A stretch of DNA of 64,000 nt from Vicugna vicugna. Its lineage: Eukaryota. Location of the stretch: assembly GCA_013265495.1 (NCBI GenBank), contig MU058824.1, positions 1,453,111-1,517,110 of the forward strand, given 5' to 3'. Shown in pieces: positions 44,416 through 58,530 of the stretch. The first letter of the stretch is position 1. Every line of letters begins with the position of its first letter. A program made the position numbers and the translations under genes. Under the pieces are notes generated by a model. That model saw only the letters and a list, made by a program, of their open reading frames with translations. It was not told the DNA's origin and did not search any database.

Positions 44416-47400
44416 GTGGTCTTCTTTGAGGGCACCAGCTGACCAGCTCCCAACTGGAAGACCCAGGTGCTTCTAATGTGCCAGGCCACCCACATCCTCC
44501 CCACAGGCAGCATCTACGCTGCAAAGGCAGAGGATCCCACATGGAGATAGGTGCAGGGGGTAGGGCCGATCTGAACTAATCGCTGAGAACAGCTCTATTA
44601 TTTGAGGCTGAGTGGTGCCAGACAGTCCTGTAGAAACAAGGATTGTGTGTCAAGTGTATCTTAGAGCGAAGGCACAATTGGGAGATGCTAACTATCACAA
44701 AAGCAAGTTTATCTTCACTTCTCTGGGTTACCGTTGCAAGTCTGTCCTGGTTCTTAGAAAGAGCGAAAAACTTCTCAGACTGAGTGTGGCATCCCAGAGC
44801 CCTTTGGATGCCCTGGGCCTGGGCTCTTCTGGGCTGGACCCACCTGACCCTGACTCCTGTCTCCTTGATCGCTGCAGGGCATGGGCTTCCCTTTTAACGT
44901 TTATCGTTTTTCTTTCAAAACCCAACTTTGGCCACGAAAGTACTCATTGTGGTTCAAATGCTCTGTGCACATTTGAGAACTCAGATGAGGATATGTGAGA
45001 GAGGGGAGGGCCAGCTTTCCTTGCCCCCATGTCTTTCTAGCTGTGACCCACAGTGTGCTGGAGGATTGTAGAATCAATTTAGTAGTTCATGAGCAGCATT
45101 TTAACAAGCAACATAGAATAGAGTAGAAAATACCAACATTCTTTGCAGGTAAGAAGGGTAAAACTTGTTTTAGTTGTATGGATTTACATGTAAGAGGGTT
45201 GTGGTAGAAAATGTTTTTCTTACACAATCAAAAAAGTTTGAACATTTTAGTCTAAATATTTTAAAATGAATATTAACCCCAAACCTGGCTCAGCCATAAA
45301 AATATCAGTAAAGCAATGTGGACCCTCAGCCTGCAAGCCCTGTGACTTCCAAGTGAGCCCACCCCAGTATTCAAATTGTGATATATACTCAGGTCTGCTT
45401 ATTCGTCTGTTAATTTCAAACAAATTGTATATTGGAGACGGTTAGCCAGAAATGATAGCCTGAGTATCACCTTTAGTTGGTCCTAAGCCGTTGCTTCTTT
45501 CCATTCTCACTTTTTGTGATTATCAAAGCAGTACATATTTGTCTTACTAAATTTGCACAGTACCAAAAAGGTGAAAAGAATTTTTAAAGGAATCACGATC
45601 CGACCACCCAGAGGCCAGGGCTCTTCACATTTGGGAGGATCACTCTGCAGTGTTTTGTGCTGAATGTTTTTCTTTATGTGGTTGAGATAAATCTGGATCT
45701 ATAATTTTACATTCTACTTTCTTCATTTAACATTAAATATATGCAGTTACTCATGTCATTAAGAACTCTTTTTAATATAATAAAATGAATTTGCATCGAT
45801 GTACTAAAATTATTTATTTAAATCCCTACTTGTTGGATATGTAGATATCCAAACTTTCTATAAATAGTGCTGCAGTGAGCAACTTCGTGTATAAGGCTTT
45901 CTAATTATCTCCTAAGAATAGATGTCCAAAAAAAAAGTGAAAATTGTGGAGTCAGAGTTTAAATCAAAGAATATGGTACTTCATCCTGAATTACCTTCCT
46001 GAAAGAGCCAGCGAACGTCCTCACCAGCTGTGGGTATGAGTTCCAGTGTCACCCTTGCTGGTATCGGATACTATCAATTTGCTTTTTAATTTTTATTAAT
46101 TTGATAGGACAAGAAATATGCCTTGGGCTAATTTGCATTTCTTTGACTCCTAGATAGACTGAACATATTTTTCTACTTTTAATGGCCATTTGCTTTTTTT
46201 CCTTTTAAGAATTACGAGGAAGGTCCTTTGACACTCAGGGTTTTTAAAGGGCGATTATCATTATCATCTTCAATCAGTTGTGGATGCAGGGAGTGATTAT
46301 GATTTTCATCGTTTACAGCTCCCTCCTGAGGTTAGGAAGCATAGCGTGCTGGACTCCTGTCTTTCCCTGACCTCATTTCTCAAGCAATTAAGGCTAAGGT
46401 GGTGTTTAATACTGAGACGGCTGTCATCCACCCCTTCTATTTATTTTTTAGCCCTCTGCAGTTTGCACAGTGTCACCCCATTCATTATCTCAGGTTGAGT
46501 CTCATCACAGCCCCAGCATGTGATATCATCCCCATCTTACAGGCATGGAAACTCAGCGGCATCGGGTCCTGCCTGCGATGGAGTGAATGGTAGAGTAGGA
46601 ATTTGGGGTCCTCTGACCCCAGCACCTCCCATGTACTGTCCTCTGCCCTGCAGCCTTTAGGTTTGTGTTGAAGGAATCCCTGTAGCACTATTCCACTATT
46701 GCAGCATCTATTCCAGGAAGGATGACTTGGAAGGATTGCACCTGCCCTTTCTGCCCTCTCAGGTGTCCAGAAGGAAGGTCTCTGCTTGAGGGTCTGGAAA
46801 GGAGCCCCTCAGGGATGTGGGGAGTCCATGAAATGAAAGAAGAGAAAGTTTGCAGTCTAGGCTCATTCAGTGAAGTTGTTTTGTTTTTTGTTTTCACTCT
46901 TGGCAGAGAACAATCTACCAGAGATTATTCATTTTTAAGTGACTTTACATTGGGCCACATTAATTTGGTTTAAAATATATACGTTTAATCTACACTGCTG
47001 TCCCCTGAGGGCAAGATGTGCCAGCATCCTGCTGCCCACCTACAGCCCAGTGTCAGCGGCAACCCTTTGGGTACTATTATCATCCTCCTTTTATAAATGA
47101 GGAAATTAAGGCCCACAGAGATGAAGTATCTTGCTCACGGTCACCCAGCTAGTCCATGGGAGGGATGGGATTTGAACCCAGGCTGTTTGATTCCAATCTC
47201 TGTTCTTAACCTCTGTGTATCACTGCCTCTCAGCCAGGTATTCAGTGAAGATCTTCTCTGGGCTTAAAGCAACACCCACATCCCCCCCTCTTTTCCCATC
47301 TCAAACTGTGTATGTAGAGGGTGGGGACTTGGAGGAGGATGCTGCAGGGATGGGATGAGAAGTGAACCACTGTGAGGACAAATTCGTCATCTTTTGGGCA

Positions 47401-47722
47401 AGAGGCAGTAAAGCAGTTCAGACTCTCACTTAGTATCAGAAAGTTTGGCTCCCACTGAGTTCCCTGGAAATCTGAGAGCTGGAAAGATGCTTGGAGCAGG
47501 GCAGGATAGGAGACCTCCCTTCCAGGCCAGGTGACCCAGCGCAAGTCATTCCTGCTCCTTGGGCTCTGCTCCTTGTCCTCATCCGTGGGATGGGACCCCT
47601 GCATCTTGGGAGCCTCTCCAGCACTGGCATACTGCAGTTATGGGTGCTGGGGGAGATTCTGACTCAGAATTTTTTTTTATTAAATTCAGTACTCTTTCAA
47701 TTAGGTAATTTATTTTCCCTAA

Positions 47723-47941
<219 letters not shown>

Positions 47942-50900
47942 CCCTCCTCCCCGTGGTCACAAGCATGAGCTTTCTGAATCTCAGTACACCCTTCACAAGG
48001 CCAGCGGCCCAGCCACCATCAGCTCTTCTCCACTCCCTGAAACACACCATGCTTTGTCACACTGCCGTGCCTTGGTCACATTGTTCCCTCTGCCTGGAGC
48101 ATCCGTCTTCCCTTCTCTGCTGTAGTAGCTGGTGATGCTTGTTGCTGTAACCAACTCCAGCACATGTTTGTTCTCCCATAAAGTCCAGTATGGCTGCTTT
48201 TGCTTGGCAGAAGCACACAGTGATGTAGGGACCCTGCACCTTTCATCCAAGGCTCTGTCCTTCCCAGGGGCCTCAGAGTCTTAGCTTCTGGCTGGCAGAG
48301 GGGGAAAGGATGGTGGAGAAGGCACAGCCTTTTCTTAACTGCCTTGCTCTTAACTGCTCACATTCCATTGGTTCCCCCTCCTGCTCACATTCCATCAGCC
48401 ACCAGTAGTCACATGGCTCCAACTGGATGCAGAGAAGATAAGAAAGTGTCATCTTTGTTCAGGCAGTGGCTTCACCGCAACAACTCGGTTCTTTGGTGGA
48501 AGAGCGCATATTTTGGTGGAAGGTTAGGGACTCTGCCACATCTTCCCTTAGAACTTCTGACTTCTCCCTCACACCACTTCACTTATCAAATGAAACCTTT
48601 CTTGACTCCCTTACCCCTAACTAACTCTTCCAGCCACTGGGGCACTTGCTGCTTTGTGTGATAACTGCTCTAGCACTTTACCGCACCCGCCGGACACAGC
48701 ATACGACAGCTGTTCAGGATGTGTATGTTGAATGCATTTTTTCTTTATTGCAAAGGCAGCCTTTTTGTAGGAAAAAAGGGGAGACCCACTATGTGATCTT
48801 GAGGGGGCATCCCTTCCCCTTTCTAGCCTCCAGTTTCCTTGTCTGTGGTGAGGCAAGATGATGCTCTGACGTTCCACATTGCTCACCTCAAGTCACTGCT
48901 GGGCTTTTGCACTTCAGGTTGGAGCAGAAGACACTAATATACTACATCGTGGAAGGACTTTGGTGCTTGTGTATTCTAGGCCAAGAAGTGGAGAATTTGG
49001 AATTTCTTATATACCCTGTTAATACCACGTTCCTTAAAAGGGAATCGGCCTGTGTAGTTTTCTACTGCGTCATACTCTATGAGAGGGGCTCTGACTTTTA
49101 AGTACAGGAGCTTTCTGAAATGTTCTCAAGCACATGATTCAGCCAACACTTGCTGCATTTCTGCCACATGCTGGTGGTTCAGAGCCGAGCCAGAGCCGGT
49201 CCCCACCCTTAAGGACCTCGACAGCAAGAGAAGCCGCGAATGGATAGTCCCAGCCTCAAGGGGCAGCCCAGAGGAGTGGAGAGAGCGTGCACTCCAGGTT
49301 CAGGCCCAGGGTTCTGGTCCAGCCCTGCGGCTGGCCAGCTGAGTGGCGGGGGGTCAGGTAACCTGGCCTCTCAGTTGGCACTTAGAGCCAGCCTGTGTCG
49401 AGCACTTGGTCTGCAGGACACGCACGATGAATCGACGGCAGCCTTTGCAGAGTTCTTGTCTTTACTGTGCACTGTTCTCCTTGGGAGGTGTGGCTTCTCA
49501 CCTCTCCCTCCGCTGGCCGCTAGAGGCAGTCCTTACTGCATTGCCCAGAGCCTCATCATGTTCTCCCTCCGCCCCTCCATCCAGTGGGTGCTGTTCCTCC
49601 TTCATCCTTTCATCCTCCCACCAGTAGAAGCCAACTTTCCACATGACTGGAGGGAAGAGGTTTTGTTTTAGCCATCACTGACAGACATCTTTATAAACGT
49701 TTCTCCCATCCCAACCTCCTTTAAGGAGACAAGGTCATTGAACACCTACTGTGTGCGGCAGCTTGACCCTAGTGTCATCTGTCATCACCACCAGCCTGGA
49801 GGCTGGCATAGTATAAACTCATCCTGCATGCTGAGGAAACAGACACAGAGGAGTGGAGCTGCGTGCCAGCTACACAGCCCGGAAGGAGCAGAGCTGGCTG
49901 AGAACAGGATGTGGTGCTTTTCCCACTGACTCCTGGAGCTAGAAGCACCAGGGATTCTTGGTATTTTAATGCATTCTTATCTTCCGAAGTTACCAATAGG
50001 CCTAGGGTTGCTTGCCCCTGAAATACACCTGGGCCTCTGAGTTAGGTGCTGTGAGGTTTTGTGCCAGCTTTTCCCTGTCATCCTGTTCTTTCATCACTCC
50101 TACATTTGTGCAGCTTGCAGTCGGGTAAGTCTGATTGAATACCCATGATTGACACAGGAGCCGTGCTGTGGGTCAGCTTTCCACAAATGCGCACTTCCAC
50201 GATCTCATCTGATGACCCCCGACAGCAGGGCATACTATTCCCATTTTGCAGATGGGACAGCTGAGGCTCAGGACAGATGCTTCTTTTGTCTTTTTCACTG
50301 GACTCAGTGGTTCTAGGCCAGCTTGTGTGCTGGTTGGTGAGAGATCCCTGGCACTCCCCCTTTCCTGGTGACCCTCCAGGTGGTTATTCTTGTCCATAGT
50401 GTTTCCCTTGCTTGATGACAACCAGCATTTCCCAAAGTGTGTTCCTTGGAACACTAGTTCCACAGGATGTTAATACGTTTTTCATAAAGAAAAATAAAGG
50501 GAGGGAGTACATATGTGACAGTGGGGTGACACTTTGTGATCAGATAGATTTGGCAGACACTGGGTTAAAGCCCAGCCCATGGTGTTTGTTGTAGGATACC
50601 TCAGGACCTTTGGGGGGGGTTTGTGGTGGTGGGGTCTCTAGTAGCTTGTAGCTTTCCCCACACATTTGAATGATGCTTCATGGCGCTCTTACAGGATGGG
50701 TTCCTTGGATGCTGTCAGGGAAACCCTGCTTTGACTGGGACAGTAACAGTTATGAGGCTCTTGGGAGGGCACTTGAGGCCTTCAGCTGGGTCAGGTGTCT
50801 TTGGTAACACCTCTCTTTTCTTCCCAGGAGCTCTCTGCTTGGCAGCGGGACATTGGGGTAAGGGAGGCCCCTGACTTTGAGAGTGCCAGGGAGTCTCCTG

Positions 50901-51758
50901 CAGGGTCGAAGACATTGTTTCCCAGCGTTGGTGCAGTGTCCTGCCTGGCGAGTGCTGGGTGTTTAGGTCCTGTCCCCCAGGCCAGGGGAAGGCTCCCACC
51001 TCCCTGCTTCAGCGCCAGACCATTACATGGAGGCTGCAAGTTTTGCAAGGAAGACAATTCCTTTTCATTTACTGAACATTTACTGAGCATCTACTCTGTG
51101 CCCACATGGTGCTTGTGCTTTGGATCCCAAGATGAAAAACACTTGCCTCTGCCCTCAGGGAATCCACAATGTCTTAGAGGAGACAAGCACTAAGTCAAAT
51201 GTTGTAGTGCCCGTGAGAAGTTTTTTGATAAAGGTATGTGCTGGGTCCATGGCTCAGGTTTGGCCTGGACGGGCCCGGCTGGAGAGACTGGGTCTGAGAA
51301 GGTAGCTGGCACACAGCTGGCAGGTGGGGGAGAGAAAGGGCTCCTCAGATTGGGGGACAGTGTGTGTGAAGGCAGGTGGCATGTAATTTTTGTGGCTTAA
51401 ATGTCGTTGGGGGGTAAGTTAGATACCTGTTATTCTAATGTTTGATTCTTTTCTTTGAAACGCATAGAAGCAATCTGTTACCTGGAAAGAGTATTGAATC
51501 TAGAGTCAATCCAGCACTGGTTTTGGCTCAGCCACTTCTTAATGAGTAATGTGTTTCTTCCACTCCTTGGGCTTCAGTTTCCCTTTTGGTTACAAGGGGC
51601 TCACACTTCCCAAGGTGCTGAGGATCAAATGAAGGTGAAAGCCCTTGTCGCACCACGTGGTGCTGTGCAGATGTGAGAAATCTCCACGGTTGCCTGCTTG
51701 AAATCCTTTCTCTGTTTCTGTCTCGCCTACCCACTACCTCCCACTCCCCCTGATGTAG

Positions 51759-51892
51759 CCATGTCTGGGTGGGCGAGGCCCAAAGCAGCGGCCTCCAGCC
51801 AGAGGTGGCAGCAGCTTAGATGGCTCTGCTGGCATCAGATCCCTGAGGAAGTGAGGGTTGGTGATGGATCCCTACCCTCCAGCTGTGCTTGA
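51759..51892 (+). CDS. ANKS6: Probable alternative terminal ANKS6 exon 16 ((S)MSGWARPKAAASSQRWQQLRWLCWHQIPEEVRVGDGSLPSSCA*)
   Basis: Pyrimidine-rich tract then tag|CC; in phase with the donor at 47933 (T|CC = Ser); resembles the rodent C-terminal PSM.GW.RP.....S.R tail as I recall it. Confidence 0.7.
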
Positions 51893-53083
51893 CTCTGGGT
51901 GTTTGTGTCATTGGGGTTCCCAGCAAGGTGGACAGGAAGTAACCGGAAGACATTCCTGCTCCTGATTGCAGGAGCTGATCCAGGGGGCAGAGAGGAAGTG
52001 GGAAACCCCTCCAGTTTGCTCTTGCCTCAGAGCTGCCTAAGGACACTGCCGTGTGGGCCAGGCCTGGGCTAGGCAGCCGTGGACATCTATGCTGACCTGT
52101 GCTACCAAGACAGAACCTCGTTAGGGCCCAGGACCCTTCCTGGGAAGATTCTGCAGCCCAGACTGAACGTGTGTGAAGCACCATCTGTGCTTCATTATCC
52201 ATTTCAGGCAAGATAATCAAGTCCCATTAACCAGCAGGTCCTGTTCAACATGCAAGGAGACCTGACGCTCTCCCTGACAAAGTCGTTACCAAATTCTGCA
52301 GGACTGGCCAGGGATCAGATCTCCTCCCTGGGGTAGATGGGTGGTGAGTCCCCTCTTTAGCTTCCTTCCTAACCCCCTCCTCAGGGACCTCCCTGCCCAG
52401 AGGAGTGAGCCAGCTCCCATCAGTGTAAAGTCTCTCCCAGTTCCCTTCTGAGCTGCATCCCTAGGCTCATAGACACAGGGCGTAGCTGTCCTCTTCCAAG
52501 AGACCTAGTTCCCACCTCCAGGTGGCTGGGGTAGGGTTTGGCCTCACCCTAAGGCCTCAGTGGGGCCACTGTACCCTTTGTTAAGAGACCAGGTTGCCTC
52601 TTTGTTTCAGCCCTACAGTGTTTCCCTTTTCCTCACCATCCAACACTTCTTTCTATTATTATTTTATTGTTATTTCAGTACAGGGACTTGATTCTTTGAA
52701 GGGCTTTTGTTTGCCAAATGTGTATTAAATAATGGTGAATTTGTCTTCTGACTTTGATTTTGCTCATTGAGGTATAAAATGCTGCTCAGATTTCTTCCAA
52801 TGAGAACTATTACAGGTGGTAAGTGCCTATGGTGTGCTGGAAGCTTCTGTTGTCTGGCTCCTCCTGTGAGGCAGCCTTAAAACCCCCTTTCTATCAACTT
52901 GGTGAGTGTCGCACACAGATATTAACATCACCAAGGTCACTCTGTAACAGGGGATGGTCAGTTTGAATGCCAGCCTCACCTCTCACTCTCATCAAGAGTC
53001 CACATTCTCTCTATGCTGTCTTGCTGGCCTTTCAGCACAGAGAGAAATGTTGAATTGGGATAAGCCCAGCCAACAGCAAAACA

Positions 53084-53089
53084 AATAAA
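53084..53089 (+). terminator. Putative ANKS6 polyadenylation signal AATAAA
   Basis: AATAAA followed by GT/T-rich sequence (ttgttagtctgtatggcttgttcacaattttttgtg), at the end of the AT-rich 3'UTR-like region. Confidence 0.6.
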
Positions 53090-53839
53090 ACCTTGTTAGT
53101 CTGTATGGCTTGTTCACAATTTTTTGTGGGGGAGGCACTTATGAAATATTGTAATATATACACTATATATTGAAGAAATCTTGAAGATTTCTCTTTGTTT
53201 CTTCTAAGAATCCTTACAAGTCAGGGAACTGCCTTATTTCCACCTCTTCTGCTCTCAGTATCTCACATTGGCTATGATCAGTCCTACAGAGCATTCAAGA
53301 AGCAGAAGGTAGTGTGGGTTCCAGTCCTGAAGCAGGTGGAATGGGGCCAAGGTCTGTGGGGCCCCACAGTGGGGAGCAAAGATACTGGGGGACTGTAGGA
53401 GTAGGGTCAGCTCTCCATGAGGAAAAACATTTCAGGGACCAGGGCTACCTGGAAGATAGGGTGTCCCCCAGGTGGGCCTGCAGAGGCTGGTCAAGCCTGG
53501 GGCATCTAGAGAGGGAAACTCAGACTTTGGATGAAGACTGGACCAGGCAGATGGTTCCCAAATGACCCAATGGTGGAGGGGATCCAAAAAACAAAACAAA
53601 AACAAGTTCAAAGCAATAAGTTTACCTGACACTAAATATATTCCTTTTACGGGGTTGGCCTTGATCCTGACACAAGTCCCTGTTACTTTGGCAGGGTGGG
53701 GGTAGGTAATGGTAGTTTTAGTCCTACAGATATGTGCAATCCAAAAGTCAGAGAAGCACTGCTCTGGGTCACTTTTGAGGTCCCAGCCACATGAGTCTGT
53801 GAAAATTTATAAAAAGAAGGGGGGAGTGGTTCCCCAATG

Positions 53840-54375
53840 AGTTAAACATCAAATTACCATCTGATCCAGCAATTCTACTCCTAGGTAATATACCCAAAAG
53901 AACTGAAAATAGGTATTCAAATAAAAACTTAATGCAGATATTCGTAGCAGCACTATTCACAATAGCCACAAGATGGAAATAATCCAGATGGCCATCAACA
54001 GATGAATGGATAAACAAAATCTGGTATTACCACACAATGGAATGTTATTCGGTCATGGAAGTACTGATCCACGCTACAACATGGATGAACCTTGAAAACA
54101 TTGTGCCGAATAGAAGTCTGACACAAAAGACCATGTATTATGTGATTCGATTTATATGAATGTACAGAATAAGCTGGGGGTTGGGGACTGAGGAAGTGAG
54201 GAGCCACGGCTTAATGGATAGGCGATTTCTTTTGCGGTTATGAAAAAGTTCTGGAACTGGATAATGGTGATGGTTGTACAATAGTGTGATGTACTTAATG
54301 CCACTGAATTGTACACTTCAAAATGCTTAAAATGGTAAGTTTTATGTTATATAATTTTATCATAATTTAAAAGAA
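53840..54375 (+). mobile_element. L1MB-type 3' end
   Basis: aaattaccatctgatccagcaattctactcctagg...aatggtaagttttatgttatataattttatcataat. Confidence 0.8.
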
Positions 54376-54599
54376 GGAAGAAAAGAGGGGAGCTCTTGAC
54401 CTGGCTGGAGCCAGGGGAGCCCTTCTCCTGTCAGTGTTCCCCTCTCGACCTTGTCCTTCAGGGTGAAGGATACTCTCCACGGTAGGGTCTCCTTCTCCTC
54501 TCCTGTCCCTCTCATACCCATATGTACACACAGCTTTGTGCCCCTCATCAGAGGGGTCTAGATGGACTGTGGGTCTCAATTCAGAGAGCCGCACAAAAA

Positions 54600-55450
54600 A
54601 GGCTCAGGAATGTGGTGAGGCCGCCCTTGTCCCAGCTCTGGGAGACGCAAGCTGGGTTGGAAGGTGGCCGCGGGAAGCCTCCCGGGCTCCCTGCCCTCCC
54701 GCCACTCCTCTCTTATTCCCTGTCTCCACGCGCCTCAGGGCCTCTCTGCTTCACTTGCTCGCAGCTCTTTCAACAGGATAATTGTCTCCACTTTCACCAC
54801 AATCAGAAACACTCTCTTAAAGTCACAGATGAGAGTCTGCCGAAGCGCTTCCCGGGGAGCTCGCTCCACGGAGGGGCCCCGCCCCTCCCCCACGCCCACT
54901 CGCGCCCACTTCCGCCACCAGCCCCCGCACTTCCGGCGAAGCGCCGGCCTCCCTCGCCGGGTACCCCTTCTCTGCCCGCCACAGGTGTCCGTCCCAAGAC
55001 CTGTGCCTGAACTCCATGCTGCAGGCCAGTCTCCACTCACCGTCTTCTCCCGGGAACCCAGCCTGCCAGCCCGGGCTTTATAAATAGTGAGGCTGTGAGT
55101 GTGTGGAGAGGAACTTCAGCCACAGAGAAGGACCAAGAACTGAAGACTGCACACCAGTGTTCTTGCAGCTTCTGTGAGGTGGCTTCCTCGGTGAGGTGGC
55201 CTCAGGGCAAACTGATTTTACTAGCTCCTCATGAAGGACGGTGGCCGAGAGCCTGAGTCAAACGAAATTCTTCGAGGGAATGTCCTTCGGGCCACCTGGA
55301 GTGCAGACTCGCATGCGAGGTGACAGCCTTTCTCAGGTAAGCTAACTCTGCTTCTTTGTTGTCGCAATGAGGGTTGACACACTCATTCCGCAGACGGACG
55401 CTGACGGAGCACTGAGGTAGGCACTGAGGATACGCCAGGGGGCAAAGCAA
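54600..55450. promoter_or_regulatory. Small CpG-rich promoter/enhancer-like element
   Basis: GC box ccccgcccc 54877-54885, KLF-type ccacgccc 54890-54897, two ETS cores cacttccg (54907, 54928), TATA/MEF2-like ttataaatag 55078-55087. Confidence 0.6.
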
Positions 55451-56470
55451 AGTCCCTGTCTTCGCAGAGCTTATGCTCAACTGGGGCGATAACAATCCTG
55501 GCTCACAAGGCAGGGGAAGGTTAACTGAGATAATGCTAATCAAGTGCCCGGCACTGTGCCTGGCACAGGTTAAGTGCCCTGGGGCAACAGACGCTTCTAA
55601 TGGCTCATTTCCTCTCCCGGTTCCTTAGAACTCAGAACCACATGAACTCTTCCTTACTGGCCAGGGTTCCAGAAATGGTGTACTCTGCTGGGGCCACAAC
55701 TCAGGGCAGCCGCATTCATGAACCTTGAGCTGATAGCAGTCAGAGGAGCTGGGTTACCGACCCGCAATAGGGCCAGGGACACACCGGCCAATTGAATTGC
55801 CAGAATGAACGGAAAATATTTGTTTATTGCATAGCAATGAACTTAACAAACGTAACTCAGTTTACAACCCACAATCGCATAAGAAAGAATACAGAGCAAA
55901 GAAAGAATTGGAGAAAAAAGCAAACTGTGTTCTTTAGACCCATGGAACAGCTGTACTTTGATCCACTTTCTGTCATGCACTTGAACATAGATCACTTAGC
56001 ATTCCTGGATCACACTTTTTTTTCACTTAAAAGGTTTATTTTTATTTTTTAAAGAACTGCACAAGTCATTATCAATGAGTATATCTTGATGTAGAAGATG
56101 TGACACATTGGCATTTTTAATCCTCTGTTGTTGAGCCCCAAGATCAGGTATAGCTTTCACCAGAGCCCCGTGGGAGTTCCGGGATGCATGGAGCCTGGGG
56201 CTGGGGGTCTAAGGAGACCTTCTGACAGAAATATCTCACCCAGAAAAACCCTCCAAATGGGCTTCTGCTGACACTCCCAGTGGGCTTTCCAAGTTTCTTG
56301 AACTTTCAGCTAAGCGTGTAACTGGAGGCCTATGGACATGGCACTCTGCGTTACTGGTCCTTAATAACACTTAAATGTTGCTTTCCTAACCACAGCCTTG
56401 GTTCTCAAAAGAGTGGTCCATGGACCAGGAGCTTTGGCATTCCCTGGACACTTGTAAGAAATGCCTTTCT

Positions 56471-56582
56471 AGGGGGAGGGTATAACTGAGTGTTAGAGTG
56501 CTTCCCGTGCACAAGGTCCTATGTTCAATCCCCAGAACTTCTATTTTTAAAAATTAATTACATAAAATTTTTTTAAAAAGTA
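56471..56582 (+). mobile_element. tRNA-derived SINE (vic-1-like, degenerate) inserted in a MER5-like element
   Basis: gggggagggtataactgagtgttagagtg...gttcaatccccag; 15-bp TSD aagaaatgcctt(t/c)ct at 56456-56470 and 56583-56597. Confidence 0.82.
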
Positions 56583-58390
56583 AAGAAATGCCTTCCTGAG
56601 CCAGGATCTGCATCTTCACAAGGTTGCACACTGCAGTGTGAGAGTCCCCTCCAAGGCACCTTCCTTGCATTAATCTCATCACACATGACATCCATATGAG
56701 CACAATAATGCTGTCACCTCTTATACAGAGGGGGAAGCAGGCACCAACAAGCAAAATGTCCCACCCAGGATCCCAGGATGGTTAAAGTAGAATCGAGACT
56801 CACCCAGGCTTCTCAGCAAGCGCTTACTGTGGTTTTACATACATGCTAATTCAATCCTCCCATCCATGTGGAGGTAACCACTATTACCACTCATTATACA
56901 GATGAGGAAAGTAAAGCACAAGAAATTAAATAATTTGTCTAAGGATGCCACACCTTGATCTAGACCCATATGTGTATGAAACTTACCACTTAGGGATCCT
57001 CAGTGAGTGGGTGGCCTGCAGGGCAGGGCACAGTGGCACAGTGGACCCCATGTGGGGTCCAAAGTCACAAAACCTGGGTTTGAGTCCTGTTGACACCACT
57101 GAAGGCTGAGAGGGCAAATCACCTCACCTCTGAGGCTTTGGTTTTCCCATCTGTGAAATGGAGGGAATAGCAAAAGCTATCTGGCAAGGCTGTGGTGAGG
57201 AGTAAATGAGGTAATAAATGCTGGGAGGTGTTGTAAACTGTAAAGTGCCATGCATATGCTGGTTAGTGGCTTTATCTCCAGAGACCCTGGCACAATGGTG
57301 AAAAAGGATGAAACTTGGAGAATAGGGAAGTTGCAGTAGGTGGAACTTTGGGGTTGTCATGGGAACCAAAGCTCTGAGGCTGATCAAGGCAGGAAGTACC
57401 ATCTGGTTTAAACACCAAAAAGCCTCACACTGGACTTATTTCTGTAAACAGCAGAATTAACATCATCCTGTAGCAGCAACGTCAGCCCAGAGCAATCTGG
57501 AGATTGTCCTTCCCCCTGATTTCCCTGGTCAGATCTGGACAAGGTACCTCAGGAACTCCTTATCCATTAGCTGTCACTTCCAGAGAAGTGTGGACAAGTC
57601 ACTTAGTAAATCTGAGTTTAAGTGGCAAGAAAACATGGCTGAAAGACACCCTCTCACTCCCTCCCAGGCTTTGCTAGCACAGAGGCAAGGCTGGAGGTAT
57701 TGTCCAGGGACAACATGGGGGGACCTAGGACCCCAGTCAGAGCTGATGCTGGAAGAGTGTTTAGAGAGCATCTTGTCTTCTTTCCTCCAAATTATAGGTG
57801 GTGAAACAGGGCCAGAATGGGATGGTGCCTGCCGGAGGTCACATAGCAAATCAATGACAAAACTGAAACTCGCACCTGAATCCCTCAACTCTAAAGTCAC
57901 TGTTTTTCCACTTCGCCAATCACATCTTCCTTTGATATTTGTTCCAGCGTTGTAATGCTGCTCCCTGGAAACATTAGGCTTGGGATTTCTCTGGTTCCCC
58001 ATGGGCTCTGTGAGACAAGGAGCAGAACATTTCTTGCGTCCTACACCTCCCAGGGATTTGACACAGGAAGCCATCCTTTCTTTGTTGTTTTCTTGGAGAA
58101 ACAAGATTCCTGTAAACCACACAAGTCCAAATGAATCGAGATGAAATTTTAAAAACAGGAGGGCTATACCTTTGAGTTTTCAAAATCTGGAGGAATATCC
58201 CAGTTTCACTGCATCCCCCAAATCCAGTAGCGGTCTCCTGGGGATGAGGACTTTTAGCGTGGGGACTGCTAGGAATCACCTGAGCAGAGAACACTACTGG
58301 GAACACAGGCCTGGGGTGGCTGTTGTCAGCAGGCTTGCCCTCTCTGAGCCTGGTTCTCCCTGTGCCCTGTACAGCGGAGGGGAGGGGGGG

Positions 58391-58530
58391 TTGTTTTGTT
58401 TTGTTTTTTGAGGAGGCGGGGAGGTAATTAGGTTTATTTATTTATTTATTTTTAGAGGATGTACTGGGGATTGAACCCAGGACCTTGTGTATGCTAAGTA
58501 TGCACTCTACCACTTGAGTTATACTCTCCC
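58391..58530 (-). mobile_element. tRNA-derived SINE (vic-1-like), antisense
   Basis: Reverse complement reads ggggagagtataactcaagtggtagagtgcatacttagcatacacaaggtcctgggttcaatccccag...cctaattacctcccc plus an A-rich tail. Confidence 0.82.

Noticed and set aside
57574..58122. 182-aa minus-strand ORF
   Set aside because: Non-ATG start, overlaps MIR-like sequence, no recognisable homology
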